A stretch of 14,979 nt of DNA from Bdellovibrio sp. (GTDB lineage: Bacteria; Bdellovibrionota; Bdellovibrionia; Bdellovibrionales; Bdellovibrionaceae), in NCBI GenBank assembly GCA_046318155.1, contig JBKCUU010000116.1, forward strand, positions 1 through 14,979, in the 5' to 3' direction. Below the pieces are notes generated by a model. It was given only the letters and a program-made list of their open reading frames with translations, ran no database searches and had not been told where the DNA came from. How positions within the stretch are numbered: the first letter of the stretch is position 1; each line of letters opens with the position of its first letter. Position numbers and translations under genes: made by a program. This document shows, piece after piece, positions 1 to 5,864 of the stretch.

Positions 1-411
1 ACTGACAATCGCAACCGAACCGTCCCGGCCATTCGCAGCTTGTACAAAAAAAGCGGCGGGAACATGGGCGAGACCGGTGCCGTGGCTTGGATGTTTGCAC
101 GCGTGAGCCTGATTGAAGGCACCAAAGCAGGATCGTTTGATCCGGATGAAGAAGCCATCGAGGCCGGCGCGAACGAAGTCGAAAAAGGCGATGACGGCTT
201 TCAATTTTTTGGAGCCCCCGACTCGCTCGACGAGATCCGCACCGCTTTGCAAGGCCGCGGCTGGACCGTGACAAAAGCGGAGCTCTCGTACAAAGCTAAA
301 AACATCACCGAATTGACTGAAGCGCAAAAAAACGAAGTCGTGGAGTTTCTGAACGATCTCGATGACGACGATGATGTTCACCGCGTTCACGCGACCATTC
401 GCTTGGACTAA
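1..411 (+). CDS. yebC: YebC/PmpR family protein (5'-truncated by window edge)
   Basis: Frame is open from base 1: TDNRNRTVPAIRSLYKKSGGNMGETGAVAWMF matches the YebC TDNxNRT...GGxMGExGxVxWMF signature. C-terminal LDDDDDVHRVH matches the LE/DDxDDVQxV motif. Stop TAA at 409-411. Confidence 0.93.
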   Translation, partial: TDNRNRTVPAIRSLYKKSGGNMGETGAVAWMFARVSLIEGTKAGSFDPDEEAIEAGANEVEKGDDGFQFFGAPDSLDEIRTALQGRGWTVTKAELSYKAKNITELTEAQKNEVVEFLNDLDDDDDVHRVHATIRLD

Positions 412-1311
412 TCAGTTGAATCGCATCGGCGATTCATGTCTTTGACTCAAAAGTTTTTGGACAAAGGTGATACTCATCACGTCTTCACCGCGGCAAGAAC
501 CATCAGCACAGGTCTTTGAGCGTGAACAGCCTCTGCTCGATACCAGATCAGTTTCACCGCGAACTAAAATTCCTTCAACCTCGAGCGTTTTTTCATTGAA
601 AACTGCCGAACCTGAATTGCCACCGTAAGTATCCAGGTTCGCGACAAAGAACGTCTTTGATCGATCCCAGCGTCTGACTCTGGCTCCGCCCGCCACTTTT
701 GTGGGAAGTCCCATGGGATGCCCAATCACGAAAATAGGCTCGCCCACACCCAGACTCCCTTGAGAGCGCAAAGTCACGGGGCGCGCACCACGAACGGGTC
801 GGTCCAATCGGATCAAGGCAAAATCTTTGCCGCGGCCGACCTGAACGCTGTGAAGGACTTCTTTGCATCTATAAACTTGGTCTGCCTCAAAAGCGTCGGG
901 CACTTGCGTGGCGTTGGCCATCCGGTAACCAAACACCCAGGCATTGCGCTGACAATCATTCGCCGTGTCGACACAATGACCAGCCGTTGCAAGAACATCC
1001 TCCCCGACCAGAAAGCCTGAACAAACAGCCGCTACAGGCTGATGACGGTAAGGCTCGTTCTGACAGGTCCCGTAGGATTCTGCAAAAGTTTCGCGGTCAT
1101 AACTGTAGCGTCCTTGAGCGGTAACGCGCAGTTTTGAAAGCGGAAACATGGCGGCTGTCGCATCCGCAAGCGCAACCAGATTTGCATTTTTGTTTTCATA
1201 AACATCGGACCGATCATCGCTCCCGTAAATGACTTTCAAATCCATTTGAGCTGCAAACGCCGAAATCCCCGCGAACATCAGCATGACTGCTGTGTAAAGC
1301 GCCAATCGCAT
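412..1311 (-). CDS. Secreted trypsin-like (S1, PA clan) serine protease, ~299 aa
   Basis: Catalytic motifs TAGHC (His), DFALIRL (Asp), GGNSGS (Ser). Signal peptide MRLALYTAVMLMFAGISAFA. Start moved from the ORF-track 1371 to ATG 1311 because GGAGG lies 4 nt upstream and the signal peptide begins there. Confidence 0.9.
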   Translation of the reverse strand: MRLALYTAVMLMFAGISAFAAQMDLKVIYGSDDRSDVYENKNANLVALADATAAMFPLSKLRVTAQGRYSYDRETFAESYGTCQNEPYRHQPVAAVCSGFLVGEDVLATAGHCVDTANDCQRNAWVFGYRMANATQVPDAFEADQVYRCKEVLHSVQVGRGKDFALIRLDRPVRGARPVTLRSQGSLGVGEPIFVIGHPMGLPTKVAGGARVRRWDRSKTFFVANLDTYGGNSGSAVFNEKTLEVEGILVRGETDLVSSRGCSRSKTCADGSCRGEDVMSITFVQKLLSQRHESPMRFN

Positions 1312-1321
1312 ATCCCCTCCG

Positions 1322-1339
1322 TGGTGAATGGACTCACCA
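1322..1339. promoter_or_regulatory. Palindrome TGGTGA-N6-TCACCA (possible CRP/FNR-family-like operator or 5'UTR hairpin)
   Basis: Perfect 6-bp inverted repeat with a 6-nt spacer between the putative -10 and the SD of the protease gene. It contains the GTGA-N6-TCAC core. Confidence 0.35.
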
Positions 1340-1341
1340 AG

Positions 1342-1371
1342 AGCATCCCGATCGCCCGAGACCTCCGTCAA
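1342..1371 (-). promoter_or_regulatory. Putative sigma70-type promoter for the protease gene
   Basis: Minus strand TTGACG (1371-1366), 18-nt spacer, weak -10 GATGCT (1347-1342). AT-rich UP-like tract AAAAATAAAATAG lies just upstream. Confidence 0.35.
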
Positions 1372-1399
1372 GCGAGAAACTATTTTATTTTTGTCGGGA

Positions 1400-1430
1400 T
1401 AAAAAAAGAAAGAACTAAAAAAAGAAAAAC
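1400..1430. repeat. Imperfect tandem duplication of an A-rich 15/16-mer
   Basis: TAAAAAAAGAAAGAAC (1400-1415) followed by TAAAAAAAGAAAAAC (1416-1430), abutting the sufE stop codon. Confidence 0.55.
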
Positions 1431-1867
1431 TACGATTTCATCGAAAGCTGAACTTGAAAGGCAAAAGCGAAGTGGCGGATTTGCTTGAGCATCGCGAACA
1501 AACCATTTGCCCTTGAGGGCGAGAGATGAGCTTCAAAGCCAAGGCGCTTGAGAAAATCAGGCGAAGACTTCAGAATTTCTTCCGGGGTCGAATTTGAGTA
1601 AACCGAGAGCAGCACGGCGACCAAACCCTTCACAAGCAAAGCATCACTGTCGCCTTGAAATTGAACTTTTTGATCTTCGCTCAGATGAGCGTGCAACCAA
1701 ACTTGAGACTGACAGCCCTTGACCTTGGCCTCTTCGGACTTTTTCTCGTCCGGCAAATCACCCCAGGCTTTACCCATTTGAATGACTTTTTTATAGCGGT
1801 CTTCCCAGTCCTTGAGAGCATCAAATTCTTTCACCATCAGATCTGCGCGTTCTTGCAGTGTACTCAC
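1430..1867 (-). CDS. sufE: SufE family sulfur acceptor protein
   Basis: DWEDRY..I.MGK, VKGCQSQVW (acceptor Cys), FQGDSDALLVKGL and LSPSRANGL are all SufE/CsdE signatures; 145 aa. GTG start overlaps the upstream stop (GTGA, 1864-1867). Confidence 0.93.
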   Translation of the reverse strand: MSTLQERADLMVKEFDALKDWEDRYKKVIQMGKAWGDLPDEKKSEEAKVKGCQSQVWLHAHLSEDQKVQFQGDSDALLVKGLVAVLLSVYSNSTPEEILKSSPDFLKRLGFEAHLSPSRANGLFAMLKQIRHFAFAFQVQLSMKS

Positions 1868-2721
1868 TTGTGCGAATTCTCCAAAGCCTTGAGGCGTCTG
1901 AGCATTTTAGATTCGAGAGTGAGTCCGAAGGATCCCATCATCTCTTGAAACTGGGGTCGCGAAAGCCCCTTGGCTTTCTCATAGCACTTTTTATAGAATC
2001 CCTCTAAGTCGGAATCATAGCCATTCCACAAACGTTTAAACAAAGCCTCGGGCATTTGATGCGTGCTCTTTTCGATGGCTGTGCCATCGATCCGATTCAT
2101 ATAATCCAAAAGTTCCGAGACTTGACGCGGTGAAAAATCCAGCTCGGCCAACAGGTCTTCCATCAACGCCATCTCCGAAAAACTTAAGAAGTTCGACAGC
2201 GACTCCCAAAATCTTTGGCCGGCAGCCCCCGCATCGTGCTGACAAAAAAATGTGGTGCACACGGTCCCGCGGTACTTCCAAATTCCACAGCTCTGAGTTG
2301 TTTTGACATAGTAAGGGCAAAGCCAGTCCTCGCGGTTGCCAAACTCCCAGGCTTTTCGATTGTTGAACTGCACCTGAAATTTGACGGACGGCAAAAGCCC
2401 GAGCGGAAGCGCATACTCGCGCTTGGCAATTTTTCGGCGGATCTGCTTAATCCCGTGCTGAAATCGATCTTCATGCGTCAGCAGTGCGCCGACGACAAAA
2501 TTGGGAAGGTACGGCTCAAAGGTGCAGCACTTCAGCTGCTTTTGATAGGTGACCTTGGCTTTTGGCGGGCGGTTCTCAGGCGCCATGGCGCAGTTCTCGC
2601 AGGTGGCTTTTTTCTCTTCGAGACGGTCCCCTTGATCCAGCAGCTGCTGTGGAAAAGCGGCGTGATAGAGCTCCGGGATTTTATGTTTAAATTTGGCTTT
2701 AAAAACCGTCCTCGGGTCCAC
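1864..2721 (-). CDS. Cysteine-cluster protein, distant YkgJ/CxxCxxCC (putative Fe-S or Zn binding) family, ~285 aa
   Basis: Cys pattern CxxC-x20-CC ... CPYY-x6-CGIWKYRGTVC-x4-C resembles the YkgJ CxxCxxCC...CPFL...CxIYxxRPxxC pattern. Start placed at GTG 2721 with GGAG 6 nt upstream; the ORF track extends to 2862. Confidence 0.65.
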   Translation of the reverse strand: MDPRTVFKAKFKHKIPELYHAAFPQQLLDQGDRLEEKKATCENCAMAPENRPPKAKVTYQKQLKCCTFEPYLPNFVVGALLTHEDRFQHGIKQIRRKIAKREYALPLGLLPSVKFQVQFNNRKAWEFGNREDWLCPYYVKTTQSCGIWKYRGTVCTTFFCQHDAGAAGQRFWESLSNFLSFSEMALMEDLLAELDFSPRQVSELLDYMNRIDGTAIEKSTHQMPEALFKRLWNGYDSDLEGFYKKCYEKAKGLSRPQFQEMMGSFGLTLESKMLRRLKALENSHK

Positions 2722-2854
2722 GCTTTGCTCCGTCGGCAAGAATGCAAAACCTTTGATCACCTGTCCAGCCCGACCTGACAAAACAACGCCTTTTTGAAGG
2801 GTTTGCCTTCGTTTCATCTTGAGACACAAAAAGAGTCCTTGTTTCATCGAGTTA

Positions 2855-2917
2855 CAGGGCACAGTTGACAGATCTTGAAGCTCAACTGGCCCTGCTCTTG
2901 CTGTTTAGGTGAGCAGG
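2855..2917 (+). promoter_or_regulatory. Two overlapping, mutually exclusive stem-loops upstream of the 95-aa gene
   Basis: CAGGGC-A-CAGTTGA (2855-2868) pairs with TCAACTG-GCCCTG (2882-2894). CCTGCTC (2891-2897) pairs with GAGCAGG (2911-2917), overlapping SD AGGAGG (2915-2920). Confidence 0.45.
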
Positions 2918-2925
2918 AGGTTCCC

Positions 2926-3213
2926 ATGAAATCCGCCCTCTTTGTCTTGATCGCGCTGTTTTCGGTTCAATCACTGGCTTGGGTCAGCACCGGAACCGCC
3001 GAGAAAAAGCACAAGTTTGTCTACAGGATGAAAACCGAAACCTTCGAGTTTGCCCAGACTGCACCCACTTATGAAGACGCTTTCGAGAAGGCAGCTTCTG
3101 CCTGCTACAACCATTTTCGAGACAGCATGAAGTCCAAGACCCGCCAGCAACGCTTGAGCGAAGACCAGGGTCTCGACATCATTGACGTCTGTGCCAATCC
3201 CCGAAGCATTTGA
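2926..3213 (+). CDS. Small secreted hypothetical protein, 95 aa
   Basis: Strong SD AGGAGG (2915-2920) before ATG 2926. Sec signal peptide MKSALFVLIALFSVQSLA. Two Cys in the mature part (CYNHF, DVCANP). Confidence 0.8.
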   Translation: MKSALFVLIALFSVQSLAWVSTGTAEKKHKFVYRMKTETFEFAQTAPTYEDAFEKAASACYNHFRDSMKSKTRQQRLSEDQGLDIIDVCANPRSI

Positions 3214-3285
3214 TCCCTGCCCAAGTCTTTGATAAAAAGACAGGACGGCGGCACTGCTTTTTGGTGCCTCAAAAAGGAGCGCACC

Positions 3286-3489
3286 ATGGGACTACTCAAA
3301 AGCATCGGCGATTTTTTGTTCGGCAAAGACCCCGATATCTTTGATGACAACGGCAATGTCGTTCACCGCCACCCCAAGAAAAAATGGGATGCTTGGCAAA
3401 ACAAGATGAGGACCAACCCTCACTACAACTGGCGCAACCACACCGGAACTCGTGCCGGCGGCAGCATGAACACGCCAAAAAAACCTTAA
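3286..3489 (+). CDS. Small basic hypothetical protein, 67 aa
   Basis: SD AAGGAG (3274-3279) before ATG 3286. It fills the space between the upstream small gene and the convergent glnD-like stop. Sequence begins MGLLKSIGDFLFGKDPDIFD. Confidence 0.75.
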   Translation: MGLLKSIGDFLFGKDPDIFDDNGNVVHRHPKKKWDAWQNKMRTNPHYNWRNHTGTRAGGSMNTPKKP

Positions 3490-3557
3490 CTTGAGAAATG
3501 ACCTGCTCGATCGAAGATGATGATCGCGCCTCAAAAGGACTGATCGGGTCTTCTTTT

Positions 3558-5864
3558 TTACTTATATAAGTTCAGACTGAGCTCGAGTTTTTCGAACCAA
3601 TCGGTATGACCACTAGGGACCTTAACCACGAACAGATCTTCGGCCTTTTGCCCCCAAGTCTGAACGACAGCGGACTGAATTTCGAGCCCCGCCTTGGTCA
3701 AGCTTTCGGCGGCACTCCATAGCAAGCCTCGCTGATCCATCCCTTTAAACAGCAACGTCATCTGTCCCGAAGGACCTTCGATCTGTTGGATCTTTTCCCA
3801 TTGAACATAGGGAGCCTTCGAGGCGCCTTTTTTTGAAAACACTTCAATGCGCTTCATCAGTGCATTTTCGCTTCCGGCAAAATCCAAACAGAACCAATCG
3901 TAAATGCCCAGTCGAGGTAGCGTCAAAACGTAGGCTTGCAGCACCGAGGCGCCAGACTGAAAAAGATAGCCCAGAACATCTGCCAGCGCGCCTTGCTGAT
4001 CGCGGGTTTTCGAGTAGCGCAGCCAAACTCTTTTCTTTACTTTAAAAACTTCAAACGTCTGATTCTTGGCCTGCTGGACTTGAGCCAGATCAGCTTGTAA
4101 CTTCTTAAGACCGATCTCACGGCTGATGACGAACAGGACTTGCTGCTCCTCAAGACTCAGGAAAGAAAACTTTTTCGAGAAAGCAATCTCGAGCTGTCGG
4201 TCCTTTGAAAGGAGCTTTTCTCCCAAATTTGCGAGCAGGCGAGACTTCCACTCATTCCAAGCTTGAGGATTAGTTCCCATAATGTCGAGCGCCGTAAACA
4301 CCAACAACCGGCGCACCCGCCCCTCGTTTAAGTCCAGCGTCCCGAGTTCTCGCAGAACCAGAGGATCATTGGGGTCTCGCCGCAAAGCCGCCTGCGAAAA
4401 AGCCAGGTGGTTTTGCACGAGCCATTTGACTTCGATGACATCACTTTTCTTAAGTCCAAATGCAGTCAGGTCCCGCTGTACCCACTTGGCCCCAAGATCC
4501 GAATGTTCCTGAGGGCGCCCTTTAGCTAGATCATGATAAAGCGAGGTCCACATGAGCAGCTGCCAATCGCCGTCATTTAAAGTGTCCGCTGTTTTCTTGA
4601 TTGGACCTAATGACCGCGTCGACTTTCGAGCCTTGAGCGTCTCACGCAAAACCTGTAACAAATGCGCATCGGCGGCATACCGATGGTACTGGTCATGCTG
4701 AACAAGCCCCACCAGTGGCTTAAGCTCCGGGATCAACCGGTCCATCAAGCGCGACCTGAACAAAGCGATCCAGGCTTCTTCGCCCACTTTGGAAGAAAAA
4801 TACTTTTTGAGCTCTCGCCCCCGCTCAGCTCGTCGCCTGGCTAAGGACGGCACCGACCAAAATTTGTCAAGCTGGCGGCGCACCTCGTATTGAACCATGA
4901 CACTGGGATCCTTGATGAGGGCCGCACCTAAGTCACCGGGCTTTTTAAAGACACTCGCTTTTGAACGAGATCTCAGCGTGCCGTGAGGTTTCGATTTTGC
5001 AACAAGCGCGAGCTCGAGAATCCAATCACTGTAAAACGAAACTCGCGACAATCCTCGCTGAACAAAAAACATAAAGTCACGATAGTGCGAAAAACCAAAA
5101 AACTCTGCCAAGGCCGGCTGACTTTGATTGTTAATCAAATCGCCCTGCCCTTGCAAATGCAGACGAAGCCGGATCCACAAAAAGGCTTTCAAATAATAAT
5201 CCAAAAGATTCAGAACATGAGAATCACGAATCTCAATCTCGGGAAAGGCCTTCAGGATGAGCCGTGCTTGATCCAAATCTCTGAGCCCGCCGAGCCCCAT
5301 CTTAATGGAGGGCTCAAGCATATTCTGGATGGAATCGTAGCGCTCGTGGCGTTTTTTTCTTTCGTCGCGCAGCTGCTTGAGCCATTTATTTTTTTGCCCT
5401 TGTTGGGCGAGCACGATCCTGAGGCGCTCTCGCTCCAGAACTTGGGCACCTAAATCCGTCAGCGCTTCACCGTCGAGGAGACTCAAAGTATCCCAGAGCT
5501 CCACCCCTTTGGTTAAATCAAGAGGGTCTTCGGGAACGCGCGACCGCAGTTTTAAACCTTTTTGTTGGGCCCAACTGACAAATTCTTGAACCCGCTTTTC
5601 GGGGCCCAAAAAAACAAAATCCAAATCAGAGCTCGGGCACAACTCACCTCTGGCCAAAGACCCCAGCATGATGGGTTCAGAGGCCAAAAAAGAGGGGGCG
5701 TCATTTTCAAAGAGATGACGAATTTTTTCTTTCAGCTGGGTCGACCACTCGAGTGCTCCGCCTTCGATCCCTTTTTCGACGCGGCCCCAATCCTGATGGG
5801 GCTGCGGAAAACTACCCTTTAGTGATTCAAGTCCAAGGATGTGGAGGAGATCATGTCTTGCCAT
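3558..5864 (-). CDS. glnD: GlnD-like bifunctional uridylyltransferase/uridylyl-removing enzyme (NTase + HD + ACT-like domains), shortened and divergent
   Basis: NTase GSLARGELCPSSDLD; EPSIKMGLGGLRD; HD region QHDQYHRYAADAH, YHDLAKGRPQEHS, WLVQNHL, WNEWKSRLL; C-terminal ACT-like DQRGLL...IQSAVVQTWGQKAEDLFVV. Start is uncertain: ATG 5864 lies 46 nt inside mutS with no clear SD. Confidence 0.8.
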   Translation of the reverse strand: MARHDLLHILGLESLKGSFPQPHQDWGRVEKGIEGGALEWSTQLKEKIRHLFENDAPSFLASEPIMLGSLARGELCPSSDLDFVFLGPEKRVQEFVSWAQQKGLKLRSRVPEDPLDLTKGVELWDTLSLLDGEALTDLGAQVLERERLRIVLAQQGQKNKWLKQLRDERKKRHERYDSIQNMLEPSIKMGLGGLRDLDQARLILKAFPEIEIRDSHVLNLLDYYLKAFLWIRLRLHLQGQGDLINNQSQPALAEFFGFSHYRDFMFFVQRGLSRVSFYSDWILELALVAKSKPHGTLRSRSKASVFKKPGDLGAALIKDPSVMVQYEVRRQLDKFWSVPSLARRRAERGRELKKYFSSKVGEEAWIALFRSRLMDRLIPELKPLVGLVQHDQYHRYAADAHLLQVLRETLKARKSTRSLGPIKKTADTLNDGDWQLLMWTSLYHDLAKGRPQEHSDLGAKWVQRDLTAFGLKKSDVIEVKWLVQNHLAFSQAALRRDPNDPLVLRELGTLDLNEGRVRRLLVFTALDIMGTNPQAWNEWKSRLLANLGEKLLSKDRQLEIAFSKKFSFLSLEEQQVLFVISREIGLKKLQADLAQVQQAKNQTFEVFKVKKRVWLRYSKTRDQQGALADVLGYLFQSGASVLQAYVLTLPRLGIYDWFCLDFAGSENALMKRIEVFSKKGASKAPYVQWEKIQQIEGPSGQMTLLFKGMDQRGLLWSAAESLTKAGLEIQSAVVQTWGQKAEDLFVVKVPSGHTDWFEKLELSLNLYK

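Noticed and set aside
2215..2778. 187-aa plus-strand ORF
   Set aside because: Antisense shadow of the Cys-cluster gene with no recognisable motif.
2780..2815. Minus-strand GGCAAACCCTTCAAAAAGG, resembling the start of a c-di-GMP-I riboswitch
   Set aside because: No GNRA tetraloop, no downstream GCAAAG or second stem. The resemblance covers only about 8 nt.
2722..2862. N-terminal 47 codons of the ORF-track 332-aa protein
   Set aside because: No SD at 2862 and the region holds regulatory-looking repeats. GTG 2721 has a well-spaced GGAG.
2865..2893. Perfect TTGACA as a sigma70 -35 for the small genes
   Set aside because: No plausible -10 at 16-18 nt spacing (GGCCCT region), so not called as a promoter.
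3536..3559. Possible intrinsic terminator AGGACT-GATCG-GGTCTT followed by a T-run
   Set aside because: The stem is only 6 bp with two G-U pairs, too weak to support.
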